From NCBI GenBank assembly GCA_964016885.1, contig OZ024741.1, forward strand, positions 120,528,001 through 120,592,000: a stretch of DNA of 64,000 nt, in the 5' to 3' direction. The position numbers and the translations under genes were made by a program. Below, piece after piece: positions 1 through 35,524 of the stretch. The first letter of the stretch is position 1. Each line of letters starts with the position of its first letter. Below the pieces are notes generated by a model that was not told where the DNA came from, ran no database searches, and saw nothing but the letters and a program-made list of their open reading frames with translations. This DNA is from Eledone cirrhosa (taxonomy: Eukaryota).

Positions 1-397
1 AGAGCTTTGTTTATTTTAATTTTTGTTTTATACCAACTGCCCAAAAAGTTCCTATTTCTATAAAACCAAGCTACCCATTTTAAACAGTTTATTCAAATTA
101 CTATGACAAAGCAATTAAAATCCAAGGTTTTAAAGACTGCCAAAGATTTACTGATTTATCTTCCCTTGGCTAAAGCAAACCTGAACCAATTTCCTGTTTC
201 CTATTACTGCAATTTAAATGTTGAAATTTAGAAAATTGATTCAAAGCAAACCCCAAGGTGTGAGAAAAACTTTAAAAAAAATTTTTTAAACATGCTACAA
301 AAGGCTAAATATTGTTACTTCATAGATGATGTAGAACACAAAGCTCTCTAAGTAAAACAACAAAAATGACTCATGGTTAGTCCATTCGTAATAAGTT

Positions 398-590
398 TTA
401 AAAGGGCAGATGAGCTCTTCTGAGTCAACGGGCATCCACCCCAACTGTGGGTTAAATTAGCTTCACCAACCCGCAATTGACCAAGCATGGTGAGTATGGC
501 TACACCAGATATGACCAAAACCAAACAAAGCAGTTGAAATCAACCACGGAAGGATTCTTCAAACATAAGTGACAGGGCCCTGGATTAGAT
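398..590 (+). mobile_element. Diverged fragment related to the 5' part of the non-autonomous RTE-derived element
   Basis: AAAAGGGCAGATGAGCTCTTCTGAGTCAACGGGCATCCA resembles AAAAGGCAAAGGAGCTCTTAAGAGTCAATGGCCATCCA of the 30140-30747 element. Right boundary approximate. Confidence 0.4.
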
Positions 591-758
591 TGAAATTAAA
601 ATTTTTCAAACTTAATTTAATTTTAAGAACTTTTTGTTAAGCTTATGTTACAAATACCACCTAAATATGGAAATAATTTTAGCAAATCACTTCAAATTTT
701 TTCAATAATTAAAATGCAGTGTATTTTATTAGATAAGGTTAAATTAAATATTTAACTA

Positions 759-19128
<18,370 letters not shown>

Positions 19129-20306
19129 CTGGAAATCAAGTGTTATCAAATTATTTATAAAGGTTTTCTATTTATATCATAGGCATAAAAACATAATAGC
19201 AGGTCAATAAGATCACAACCAATAACCAATATTTACATACTTCAATCTAGCATGGGTTGGACAAGACTGGGGCAATATTCTAGTCAAATGCTCTTCTTGA
19301 TACCAACACATCTAATTCATGACTTGTTTATGGTGAACATAAGCACCATCACCTGCACAATATCAATTGTGAAGTGAGCATACATACAAAATGAGATATT
19401 GAACACATTTTGTCTTGTTTCATTTAAGGCATACTACTGGCAATGAAAAGAATTCACTCCAAGCAAAAAGTAGATTGATGCGTGCATACATGATAGTGAA
19501 ACAGGCACTGAAAATAGAGCATGTTCCAAGGCTAGAGAGAAGTGAGTCTAGCAAGCTCAGTTGGATGAGTAATGTTTGTGTAATTGAATAAAAAGCAAGA
19601 ATGAGTTGAGAAATACAAGGTACAAGAGAAATTAGGGGGGGGGGGGCACTATTATGTACAGGTAATGCACATGGAGGATGATCATTGGGTGAAGATATGC
19701 CTAGAGTTAAGTGAGAGGAAGCCTAAGTAATACATGGGCTGAAATAATGAAAGCTCATCAAAAGATTTTAAACAAAGGAAACAGAAGTGGTCTATGCATA
19801 GTGATCGTTATAAAATTAAGTAACTACACCACAATATAGGGTCACCATTCACGTTTAAATTCAAGAGAACTGAACCTTCCACATCAAGGATTATATCACT
19901 TGTGAGAAGGCAGCCCTCTCAATTTTCCCTGATAGAAGCAACATGCTCCATAACCAGAATGATACAATAAAGACAGAATGGTAGACAATTAGCTGTACCA
20001 GTTTCGAACTATTGTATGGTTCCAATATTTCATCTCTTTGGTTTACTTTAATAAACCCTAGTTCTTAAGTGACTATATCTTGAGGGGAGGTCTGAGTTGT
20101 GCCATACATTTTAGGCCATAGCTTAAGTTTCCTGTAGTATGTCCAAGTTACTGAAATATTTTCATAGTTCTAGTTGAGAGCCTGTGATAGTGTCACTGCA
20201 CTCCAGCGTGGCAGTATCATAGTTTGTTGCCGTTCAGGCATAGAGGGAGATCTGAGTCATTCTGTTTGGGTGGAGACCAGATTAACCCTTTCGCATTTAC
20301 ATTAAT

Positions 20307-21655
20307 ATCATCATCATCGTCATCCTCGTTTAACATCCATATTCCACGCTTGCATGGGTTTGAACGGGAGTTTTCCCACTTGAGGCAAGAGTGGTTGTCT
20401 TGCTCGCATAGGACTGTCTGGCGGGTTTTCTACGGCTGGATGCCCTTCCTAACACCAACCACATTGACAGTGTGAAACTGGGAGGTTTTTACCGTGTTAC
20501 CTACACGGCCACATTACAGCGTGGACTGTGTGTTTCTTTGTCGTGACACCTACACGACCTCATTTGTTTCGGGGTGGATGTTGTGGTACCAACATAACTT
20601 TACATTGAAAGGGGGTGTGGGTGGGGTGGGGGTAGTGGGATGAGGGTGTATTTTGTTAGACGTGCCTACTGACTGTAGTAGGTTTCACTTTGTACTTAGG
20701 TAAGGCGGGTCTTCTTTATTACTGTGTAGTGCCAAAGATCTCGGTCCAGTGACATTATCTTGGAGAGGTGTAAGTGTGTGAGGTCGGAATTTATCAAGTC
20801 GTCCCAGGTTTTTCTGGGTCTGCCTACTCCGTGGCTACCGTCTCTATTTTTATTGCCCTGCACTTTTTTATACAGCTGTCGTCTTTAATGCGCATCACGT
20901 GACCATACCAACGTAGCCTTCTCTCGAGTAAACAACATCTGATCCCTCTTATTTCTAATTTTTCCTTAGTTTGTTTATGCTTTGCCGTTCACGTACATTA
21001 CTATTACACATCCAGCGGAGCATGCAAGCCGCGTTCCTCTCCAGTCTGCGTATATCCTCTGCACACAATGCCCAGGTCTCACTGCCATGCAACATTGCTG
21101 TTCGTATGCAGGCATTATACAGCCTGCCTTTCATTTTTAGGGAGAACCCTTTAGCGGCTAATAGTGGTATAAGCTCTCTGAACTTTTTCCATCCAGTTCT
21201 GACTCTAGCTACTGTACTTTCAGAGCACCCTCCCCCTCTGCTGATTTTGTCACCCAGGTAACGGAAGCTGTCCACTATTTCTATAGAACCATCTGTGCAA
21301 TGGAATGAGCTAGTATTCTGTGGGCACTTGCTGCTACTTATTGCACCAGAGCACTGGCTACATATAAAATCTATGTTCTTAGTTAGCTTACCCGTGATCC
21401 CACTACATCTTTTATGCACCCATACTTTGCATTTGGGACATAAAATGGAGTTTCTACCTACTCCTTTCCTACACACTGAGCATGGCCATTTCCCGGATGG
21501 GACCGGCGCCCTATTTTTCTTCCTACAAACTAGAACTAGTCTTAGGCAGGTTAATTTTAAGGCCTTTTGATTCTAGGCCATGCTTCCATGTTTGGAATTT
21601 CTTCTCTAGTTCGGCCATTGATTCAGCTATGAGCGTTAGATCTGCGTATAGGAGC
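20307..21655 (-). mobile_element. RTE-clade LINE family A, 5'-truncated copy with (TGA)n tail, inserted into a piggyBac MITE
   Basis: ORF 20955-21476 (FRYLG, LHGSETW, LRW) is near-identical to 35591-36745. MITE halves lie at 20286-20304 and 21661-21820. Confidence 0.93.
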
Positions 21656-21821
21656 TATATTTACTATTGTATTTTCACAGTAAGCACATTCTCAAAATTA
21701 TCCCACATAATATTGAATCTATGGGATTTTGATTTTTTTTTTTAGAACAGTACCTTGACATAAGTATGAGCAGCCACTTACAGCCGATTTGAACAGAAAG
21801 GGGTGAAAGAATTCTGGCAGA

Positions 21822-22150
21822 ACCATCTTACCACTTGGGACAATTGTTCTCATGTGACAATGCTACTCATATTCATTTTCACTATAACACTCTCGATAAT
21901 ATTTCAAAGAAAGCTTCTCTCTCAAGTCTCTTAGAACTTAACTCGAATGGTAAGGTGGAATTAAGTGGTAAATTATCTAAAGACATTTTTTCGAATTACA
22001 CCCAGCCCGTCCCCTCATTCTATCTTATTTCTCATTCTTTCTTCTGATGAAGGACTAGCGTCCAAAACGATAAGGCCCTCTTCCTGCTATATCAAGCGTT
22101 AACCTAATATATGCCTTGCATATACTGTACCGATTATGTTGTTATTTCTG
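21822..22150 (+). mobile_element. Penelope-like element 3' remnant with degenerate minimal hammerhead ribozyme core
   Basis: CTT-CTGATGA-A-GGAC-TAGC-GTCC-AAAA-CGATA-AGG at 22041-22075. The upstream sequence weakly resembles the GIY-YIG C-terminal LGT..P.G.N motif. Confidence 0.5.
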
Positions 22151-22229
22151 TTTACATACATATATAAATATATATACGCATACACACATATGTACATATA
22201 TAAATATATGCATACACATTTTTTTTTTT

Positions 22230-22435
22230 TTCGATCGACTTTCGTCAAATTGGACAGAGGAAACAATGTTTCCGTTGGTCTTTCCAATTGCTAGTACTAT
22301 ATCGGTCGCAACTCCAGGTAGAAGAAGCAACGCGAAATAAAATGTCTTGCTCAAGGACATAACGCATCGCCAGGTCCGCGAATCAAACTCACAATTGCAC
22401 ATCCAATTCTAACCACTCAGCCACACGCCTTCACC
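22230..22435 (-). mobile_element. tRNA-derived SINE
   Basis: GAAGGCGTGTGGCTGAGTGGTTAGA...GTTTGATTCGCGGACC...CCTTGAGCAAGACA. Confidence 0.75.
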
Positions 22436-22550
22436 AATATATGCATACATATATAAATATATACATATATATGCATACACATATATCAAGGGCGGTGACC
22501 CAGCATGGCCTCAGCCAGATGGCTGGAACAGGTAAAAGAGTAAATATATA

Positions 22551-23210
22551 CAGGGTGCGGACGATATTTGTTTGCGAGATTACTGTCTAGGAAAAAAATA
22601 ACAGTAATTTTATTTTTTTAAGATTTATTTATCAACCTTGGGTCATTTTTTCTTCATGACTTGTTCCTTCGATCCACCCGATAAAACCGCCATTGGCTTT
22701 GATGACAGCCTCGGAACCGGCTACAGGCCTTCGTCACTGTCCCCCAACTTAGGCCCCAAAAGGCACTTGTGATCCTGGCCTTTAGATCATCTTTCGTATT
22801 GCAGCTAGATATGTTGGTGTCTCGTTCACCACACACACAAAGAAGTCAAGGGAGTTGCAGTCAGGCGAGCTGGGAGGCCAGATGTCAGGTGAAGTGTGGT
22901 CGACGAAGTTCTGACAGCCAGGCTTGGGTCTTTCGGCTGGTATGGCAGGGCACTGAGTCTTGTTGCCACACGTACAGCCTACCTGCGGCTATCTGGTCGA
23001 TCCAGGGCTTTACTACTTCGCTCAGAACGCGGATATAGCCATCGGTGTTCAGCTTCAGGCCCCAGGGAAGAAGTGAGGTGGCATGACGTCACCTTGACAG
23101 CTGACTACACCAATGTTGTCACTGGAAACTGTCTGCATGACTCTGGGCACGTCTTTGGATTAGACAGCGAGCCACCTGTTCTGGGAGTTGATCTTCTGGT
23201 CTTATTTGTC
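22551..23210 (-). mobile_element. Tc1/mariner DD37D (maT-type) transposase remnant
   Basis: TA|CAGGGTG terminus. Frameshifted [49 protein letters not shown] and WPPSSPDCNSLDFFVCGERDTN...KACSRFR, with roughly 37 residues between the last two Asp. Confidence 0.85.
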
Positions 23211-24723
23211 ATCGCGGCGCGGATTCTAAGAAGAACTGTGGGTCTTCCACAAATTTGGAGGTTCAAAATTATAATCAGTTATTCTGTAAAAAAAAAAAAA
23301 TGGAAATATAGTCACTGTTTTTATGAAGACAAGAGTGACAACGGAATTTTAAAAAATTTACATATATATATATATATATACATATATATACATACACATA
23401 CACATATACACATATACATATACACATATACACATATACACATATATATACACATATATATATATACACATATATATATATATACACATATATATATATA
23501 TACACATATATATATATATACACATATATATATATATACACATATATATATATATACACATATATATACACATATATATATATATACACATATATATACA
23601 CATATATATATATATACACATATATATATATATACACATATATATATATATACACATATATATATATATACACATATATATATATATACACATATATATA
23701 TATATACACATATATATATATATACACATATATATATATATACACATATATATATATATACACATATATATATATATACACATATATATATATATACACA
23801 TATATATATATATACACATATATATATATATACACATATATATATATACACATATATATATATACACATATATATATATACACATATATATATATACACA
23901 TATATATATATACACATATATATATATACACATATATATATATACACATATATATATATACACATATATATATATACACATATATATATATACACATATA
24001 TATATATACACATATATATATATACACATATATATATATACACATATATATATATACACATATATATATATACACATATATATATATACACATATATATA
24101 TATACACATATATATATATACACATATATATATATACACATATATATATATACACATATATATATATACACATATATATATACACATATATATATACACA
24201 TATATATATATACACATATATATATACACATATATATATATACACATATATATATACACACATATATATATATACACATATATATATACACATATATATA
24301 TACACATATATATATACACACATATATATATACACATATATATATACACATATATATATACACATATATATATACACATATATATATACACATATATATA
24401 TACACATATATATATATACATACACATATATATATATACACATATATATATATACATATATATATATATACATATATATATATACATATATACATATATA
24501 CATATATATATATACATATATATATATACATATATACATATATATATATACATATATACATATATATATATACATATATACATATATATATATATATACA
24601 TATATATATACATATATATATATACATATACATATATATATACATATATATATATACATATATATATACACATATACATATATATATATACATATACATA
24701 TATATATATACATATACATATAC

Positions 24724-24754
<31 letters not shown>

Positions 24755-24785
24755 CATATATATATATATACATATATATATATAC

Positions 24786-24816
<31 letters not shown>

Positions 24817-24817
24817 C

Positions 24818-24866
<49 letters not shown>

Positions 24867-25503
24867 CATATATATATATACATATATATATATACATATA
24901 TATATATACATATATATATATACATATATATATACATATATATACATATATATATATACACATATATATATATACATATATATATATATACATATATATA
25001 TATACATATATATATATACATATATATATATACATATATACATATATATATATACATATATATATATACATATATATATATACATATATATATATACATA
25101 TACATATATATACATATATATATATACATATATATATATACATATACATATATATACATATATATATATACATATATATACATATATATACATATATATA
25201 TATACATATATATATATATACATATACATATACATATATACATATATATACATATATATACATATATATACATATATATACATACATATATATACATATA
25301 TATATATACATATATATATATACATATATATATATACATATACATATATATATACATATACATACATATACACATATACATATACATATACATACACATA
25401 TACATATACATACATATACACATATACATATATACATATACATATATATACATATACATATATATATATACATATACATATATACATATATATACATATA
25501 TAC

Positions 25504-25536
<33 letters not shown>

Positions 25537-25547
25537 CATATATATAC

Positions 25548-25582
<35 letters not shown>

Positions 25583-25719
25583 CATATATATACATATATA
25601 TATATACATACATATACATATATACATATACATATATATACATATATATATATACATACATATACATATATACATATACATATATATACATATACATATA
25701 TATATACATATACATATAT

Positions 25720-25772
<53 letters not shown>

Positions 25773-25870
25773 TATATACATATACATATATATATACATA
25801 TACATATATATATACATATACATATATATATACATATACATATATATATACATATACATATATATATACA

Positions 25871-25902
<32 letters not shown>

Positions 25903-26020
25903 CATATATACATACATATATACATACATATATACATACATATATATATACATACATATATACATACATATATATATACATACATATATATATACATACA
26001 TATATACATACATATATATA

Positions 26021-26430
26021 TGGTGGCTGCCAACTCGTTTTCGAGTATGGCCACTACTTTATATCCATGTAGGAGAACTCCTACCGATGCGCTGAACGAG
26101 TGACTTTTTAGTCCAGCCAGCGACTTGAAAACTCTGGTACAAACACTACACTTGTGACAATTATTGACACACAGCGCTGGGCCCATGGTACCATGTGATG
26201 ACAAATGCAGAGAGATCTCCAGATATAAAGCAATGCCTGTGCCGTGAAGCTTTTATAGTGAGCAAAGGCACTGCACAAAGCCAGTCCCACTCTCTTAACC
26301 AAGATGATATTTACCAAAAAGAAGAACAAGTCAACATCATTGGATACCATCAGAGTTGCAGGTGTTATATCAGAGTTTTCCTTCTCCTAGAATTCTGCCT
26401 TGACAAAGGCTAAGGGGTCATCTCTCCCGG
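26021..26430 (-). mobile_element. Non-autonomous RTE-derived element (family B), copy 1, 5'-truncated
   Basis: Near-identical to the 3' 410 bp of 30140-30747. Confidence 0.85.
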
Positions 26431-26437
26431 ACATATA

Positions 26438-26471
<34 letters not shown>

Positions 26472-26838
26472 CATATACATACATACATATATATATACAT
26501 ATACACATATATATATACATATACATACATACATATATATATACATACATACATATATATATACATACATACATATATATATATATACATATACATACAT
26601 ACATATATATATACATATACATACATACATATATATATACATACATATATATATACATATACATACATACATATATATATACATACACATACATACATAT
26701 ATATATACATACATACATATATATATACATATACATACATATATATATACATACATATATATATACATACATATACATACATATATATATACATACATAT
26801 ATATATACATACATATACATATACATACATATACATAC

Positions 26839-27783
<945 letters not shown>

Positions 27784-27819
27784 CTATATGCATACATATA
27801 TATATACATACATATATAT

Positions 27820-27850
<31 letters not shown>

Positions 27851-27852
27851 CA

Positions 27853-28453
27853 TGGTGGCTGCCAACTCGTTTTCGAGTACAGCCACTACTTTATATCCAT
27901 GTAGGAGAACTACCGTTGTGCTGAACAAGTGTGACTTTTTAGTCCAGCCAGCGACTTGAAAACTTTGGTACAAACACTACACCTGTGACAATTATTGACA
28001 CATAGTGCTGGGCCCATGGTACCATGTGATGACAAGTGCAGAGAGATCTCCAGATATAAAGCAATGCCTGTGCCGTGAAGCTTTTATAGTGAGCAAAGGC
28101 ACTGCACAAAGCCAGTCCCACTCTCTTAACCAAGATGATATTTACCAAAAAGAAGAACAAGTCAACATCATTGGATACTATCAGGGTTGCAGGTGTTATA
28201 GAGTTTTCCTTCTCCTAGAATTCTGCCTTGACAAAGGCTAAGGGGTCATCTCTCCCGGTGATTTTGGATGGTCATTGACTCTTAAGATCTCCTTTGCCCT
28301 TTGACAGGTTTTGTTTTTAGTCCTGCAGGATGTCCAAAGTCACCCTCCTCACCAAGAAACCTTGGTGGGGTTGCCAGTTTAGTCGCCAACGACCCGACCA
28401 TGAGACAGGTTGTACTGGAATACATGTTACCAGTAGCACCAACTGGTGACCTG
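27853..28453 (-). mobile_element. Family B element, copy 2, apparently full length
   Basis: Same termini as copies 3 and 5. Confidence 0.88.
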
Positions 28454-28463
28454 TATATATATG

Positions 28464-28499
<36 letters not shown>

Positions 28500-28763
28500 T
28501 ATATGTATATGTATGTACATATATATGTATGTACATATATATGTATGTACATATATATCTATACAGGCATATATCTATACATACATATATCTATACATAC
28601 ACATCTATCTATACATACACATATCTATACATACACATATCTATACATACATATATCTATACATACATATATCTATACATACATATATATATACATACAT
28701 ACATATATACATACATACATCTATACATACATACATCTATACATACACATATCTATACATACA

Positions 28764-28801
<38 letters not shown>

Positions 28802-29081
28802 CACATACATATATATACACATACATATATATACATATACATATGCATACATATACATATACATATATATGCATACATATACATATATATATATACATAT
28901 ATATATATACATACATATATATGCATACATATACATATATATATATACATACATATATATATACATACATATACATACATATACATACATATACATACAT
29001 ATATATATATACATATATATATATACATACATACATATATATATACATATATATATATACATATATATATATACATACATA

Positions 29082-29154
<73 letters not shown>

Positions 29155-29178
29155 ACATACATACATATATATATATAC

Positions 29179-29212
<34 letters not shown>

Positions 29213-29228
29213 ACATACATACATATAT

Positions 29229-29393
<165 letters not shown>

Positions 29394-29398
29394 CATAC

Positions 29399-29432
<34 letters not shown>

Positions 29433-29441
29433 ACATACATA

Positions 29442-29517
<76 letters not shown>

Positions 29518-29622
29518 CATACATATATATATACATACATATATATATACATACATATATATATACATACATATATATATACATACATATATATATATAC
29601 ATACATATATATATATACATAC

Positions 29623-29657
<35 letters not shown>

Positions 29658-29665
29658 CATACATA

Positions 29666-29706
<41 letters not shown>

Positions 29707-29740
29707 ACATACATATATATATACATACATATATATATAC

Positions 29741-29773
<33 letters not shown>

Positions 29774-30035
29774 CATACATATATATATACATACATATAT
29801 ATATACATACATATATATATACATACATACATATATATATATACATACATATATATATACATACATATATATATACATACATATATATATACATACATAT
29901 ATATATACATACATACATATATATATATACATACATATATATATATACATACATATATATATATACATACATATATATATACATACATATATATATATAC
30001 ATACATATATATATACATACATATACATATATACA

Positions 30036-30066
<31 letters not shown>

Positions 30067-30087
30067 ACATACATATACATATATACA

Positions 30088-30118
<31 letters not shown>

Positions 30119-30139
30119 ACATACATATACATATATACA

Positions 30140-30747
30140 TGGTGGCTGCCAACTCGTTTTCGAGTACGGCCACTACTTTATATCCATGTAGGAGAACCCC
30201 TACTGATGCGCTGAACGAGTGTGACTTTTTAGTCCAGCCAGCGACTTGAAAGCTCTGGTACAAACACTACACTTGTGACAATTATTGACACATAGTGCTG
30301 GGCCCATGGTACCATGTGACGACAAATGCAGAGAGATCTCCAGATATAAAGCAATGCCTGTGCCGTGAAGCTTTTATAGTGAGCAAAGGCACTGCACAAA
30401 GCCAGTCCCACTCTCTTAACCAAGATGATATTTACCAAAAAGAAGAACAAGTCAACATCATTGGATACCATCAGGGTTGCAGGTGTTATATCAGAGTTTT
30501 CCTTCTCCTAGAATTCTGCCTTGACAAAGGCTAAGGGGTCATCTCTCCCGGTGATTTTGGATGGCCATTGACTCTTAAGAGCTCCTTTGCCTTTTGACAG
30601 GTTTTGTTTTTAGTCCTGCAGGATGTCCAAAGTCACCCTCCTCACCAAGAAACCTTGGTGGGGTTGCCAGTTTAGTCGCCAACGACCCGACCATGGGACA
30701 GGTTGTACTGGAATACATGTTACCAGTAGCACCAACTGGTGACCTGA
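30140..30747 (-). mobile_element. Family B element, copy 3, apparently full length
   Basis: Minus strand starts TCAGGTCACCAGTTGG and ends GAGTTGGCAGCCACCA; the 3' part encodes the C2H2-like remnant [23 protein letters not shown]. Confidence 0.88.
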
Positions 30748-30788
30748 CATACATATATATATATACATACATACATACACACATACAT

Positions 30789-30970
30789 TAATAATGTTTT
30801 CTTTATTAACCACAAGGGTTTACATAAAGACATTAAGGACAGTACAGGACAATACAGGACGGTACAAATGGGCATTTCTGCATGTAAAAAAACAGAGGAT
30901 GTAATAAAATAAAGAAAAATTCCCCAATAGGGGGGAGACTTCCAAGAGACATTTGTGGAGAAAGCCCATT
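30789..30970 (-). mobile_element. Possible LINE (Tx1/L1-like) 3' UTR in a (TAA)n tract
   Basis: The minus strand is pyrimidine-rich and ends TGTAAACCCTTGTGGTTAATAAAGAAAACATTATTA, next to (AAT)n at 30970-31020. No coding evidence. Confidence 0.4.
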
Positions 30971-31089
30971 AATAACAATAATAATAATAATAGCAATAAT
31001 AATAATAATGACAATAATAATATACATATTCATATATATCTACACACACACGCACGCACATAAGCATATCTATCTACACACACACACAC

Positions 31090-31722
31090 GATAACAACCA
31101 ACAGTGCTGCGATCGAATGTGGCTTTTTAGCCCAGCCAATGATCTACAATGTCTTGCACAGAGTCAGCAACCAAATCATTCACTGGGAATAGTCGGCTGT
31201 GGTTGGAGTTCATGTACTTTTGCATGTCGCTTGAGCCCTCCTGCTGATTTACATTCTCTACCACATGTTTGGCAAGCATGATTAGTAGCATCTCCAACAG
31301 CAGCCTGGTAGTCAACCACTGGTCTTACTTTATGACTGCTAAGATGACTTTCGAGTCCAGCTTTGCTTAGGCAGAGACTCGCACAGACGCTGCATGTCAG
31401 TACCATAGGAGGACCCTCGCCGTCTAGAAGTGCAACAGCAATGCCCTTCCTCACATCCCGCTTTACTTTCTCTTGTGCGATTCGAGATGCCTCAAAGGCA
31501 ACTTTTCCCTCATATACAGTCTTTCTCCATTTATTACGATCAGCAGCAATATTTTCCCATGTATCAGCAGAGGTGTTAGCGTCTTTCAGAGAGGCTTTCA
31601 AGGAATCCTTATACCTCTTTTTTGGTTTTCCTTTAACCAACTCTCCATAAAAGAGTTGTTTTGGTATTCTAGAATCCTTCATCCTGGCAAGGTGATCACT
31701 CCAACGGAGTCGTTGCTTAAGC
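31090..31722 (-). mobile_element. Second RTE family (BovB/Expander-like), 3' fragment with C-terminal C2H2 zinc fingers
   Basis: [38 protein letters not shown]...[11 protein letters not shown], then CSVC..SH, CQTC..RH..VH and a frameshifted third finger [13 protein letters not shown]. Confidence 0.9.
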
Positions 31723-32246
31723 ACATACATACATACATACATATACATGTATGTATATATACATATGTATACATACATACATATACATACATACATACAT
31801 ACATATACATACATACATACATATACATGTATGTATATATACATATGTATACATACATACATATACATACATACATACATACATATACATACATACATAC
31901 ATATACATACATACATACATATACATACATATATATATATACATACATACATATACATACATATATATATATACATACATACATATACATATACATATAT
32001 ATACATATATATACATATACATATATATACATATATATACATATACATATATATACATATATATATACATATACATATACATATATACATATATACATAT
32101 ACATATATATATACATATATATATATACATATATATATACATATATATATATACATATACATATATACATATATATATATACATATATATATATACATAT
32201 ATATATATACATATATATATATACATATATACATATACATATATAC

Positions 32247-32309
<63 letters not shown>

Positions 32310-32346
32310 CATATACATATATATATATATACATATATATATATAC

Positions 32347-32377
<31 letters not shown>

Positions 32378-32428
32378 CATATACATATATATACATATAC
32401 ATATATATATACATACATATATATATAC

Positions 32429-32459
<31 letters not shown>

Positions 32460-32706
32460 CATATATATATACATATATATATACATATATATATACATAT
32501 ATACATATATATATACATATATATATACATATATATATACATATACATATATATATACATATATATATATATACATATATATATATACATATATATACAT
32601 ATACATATATATACATATATATACATATATATATATATACATATATATATATACATATATATATATACATATATATATACATATATATATACATATATAT
32701 ATATAC

Positions 32707-32753
<47 letters not shown>

Positions 32754-33120
32754 CATATATATATACATACATATATATATACATACATATATATATACAT
32801 ATATATATATACATATATACATATATATATATACATATATATATATACATATATATATATACATATATATATATACATATATATATATACATATATATAT
32901 ATACATATATATATATACATATATATATATACATATATATATATACATATATATATATACATATATATATATACATATATATATATACATATATATACAT
33001 ACATATATATACATATATATATATACATATATATATATACATATATACATATATACATATACATATATACATATATATATATACATATATACATATACAT
33101 ATATACATATATATATATAC

Positions 33121-33165
<45 letters not shown>

Positions 33166-33166
<1 letters not shown>

Positions 33167-33573
33167 GGTGGCTGCCAACTCGTTTTCGAGTACGGCCACT
33201 ACTTTATATCCATGTAGGAGAACCCCTACCGATGCGCTGAACGAGTGTGACTTTTTAGTCCAGCCAGCGACTTGAAAACTCTGGTACAAACACTACACTT
33301 GTGACAATTACTGACACATAGTGCTGGGCGCATGGTACCATGTGACGACAAGTGCAGAGAGATCTCCAGATATAAAGCAATGCCTGTGCCGTGAAGCTTT
33401 TATAGTGAGCAAAGGCACTGCACAAAGCCAGTCCCACTCTCTTAACCAAGATGATATTTACCAAAAAGAAGAACAAGTCAACATCATTGGATACCATCAG
33501 GGTTGCAGGTGTTATATCAGAGTTTTCCTTCTCCTAGAATTCTGCCTTGACAAAGGCTAAGGGGTCATCTCTC
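33166..33573 (-). mobile_element. Family B element, copy 4, 5'-truncated
   Basis: Near-identical to copy 1; breakpoint within 4 nt of that of copy 1. Confidence 0.85.
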
Positions 33574-33595
33574 ATACATATATATATATACATAC

Positions 33596-33658
<63 letters not shown>

Positions 33659-33723
33659 CATATATATATATACATATACATATATATACATATACATATA
33701 TATATATACATATATATATATAC

Positions 33724-33848
<125 letters not shown>

Positions 33849-34027
33849 CATATATATATATACATATATATATATACATATATATATATACATATATATA
33901 TATACATATATATATATACATATATATATATACATATATATATATACATATATATATACATATATATATATACATATATATATATACATATATATATATA
34001 CATATATATATATACATATACATATAC

Positions 34028-34078
<51 letters not shown>

Positions 34079-34079
34079 C

Positions 34080-34150
<71 letters not shown>

Positions 34151-34773
34151 CATATATATACACACATATATATATATACATATATATACATATATATATA
34201 TACATATATATATATAGATATATATACATATATATATATACATATATATATACACATATATATATACACATATATATACACATATATATATACACATATA
34301 TATACACATATATATATACACATATATATATACACATATATATATATACATATATATATACACATATATATATATACATATATATATACACATATATATA
34401 TATACATATATATATACACATATATATATATACATATATATATACACATATATATATATACATATATATATACACATATATATATACACATATATATATA
34501 CACATATATATATATACATATATATATACACATACATATATACATACATACATATATATATACATACATACATATATACATATATATACATATACATACA
34601 TACATATATACATATATATACATATACATACATACATATATACATATATATACATATACATATATATACATATACATATACACATATATACATATATATA
34701 TACATATATATATATATACATATATATATATACATATATATATATACATATATATATATATACATATATATAC

Positions 34774-34806
<33 letters not shown>

Positions 34807-35171
34807 CATATATATACATATATATATATATATACATATATATACATATACATATATATACATATATATATATATATACATATATATACATATATATATA
34901 TATATACATATATATACATATATATACATATACATATATACATATATATACATATATATATATACATATATATATATATACATATACATATATACATATA
35001 CATATATACATATATATACATATATATATATACATATATATATATATACATATATATACATATATATATACATATATATACATATATATATATACATATA
35101 TATACATATATATACATATATACATATATATACATATATATACATATATATATATATATACATATATATAC

Positions 35172-35206
<35 letters not shown>

Positions 35207-35315
35207 CATATATACATATATATATATATATACATATATATATACATATATATATACATATATATATATACATATATATATATACATATATACATATATA
35301 TATATACATATATAC

Positions 35316-35362
<47 letters not shown>

Positions 35363-35483
35363 TATATACACATATATATACACATATATATATACATATA
35401 TATATACATATATATATATACATATATATATACATATATATACATATACATATATATATACATATATATATACATATATATAC

Positions 35484-35521
<38 letters not shown>

Positions 35522-35524
35522 ATA

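Noticed and set aside
19353-19385. Candidate first exon MYAHFTIDIVQ|GT in phase 0
   Set aside because: No similarity to the conserved L(D/E)QQ NES half, it lies among decayed RTE fragments, and it has no promoter-like context.
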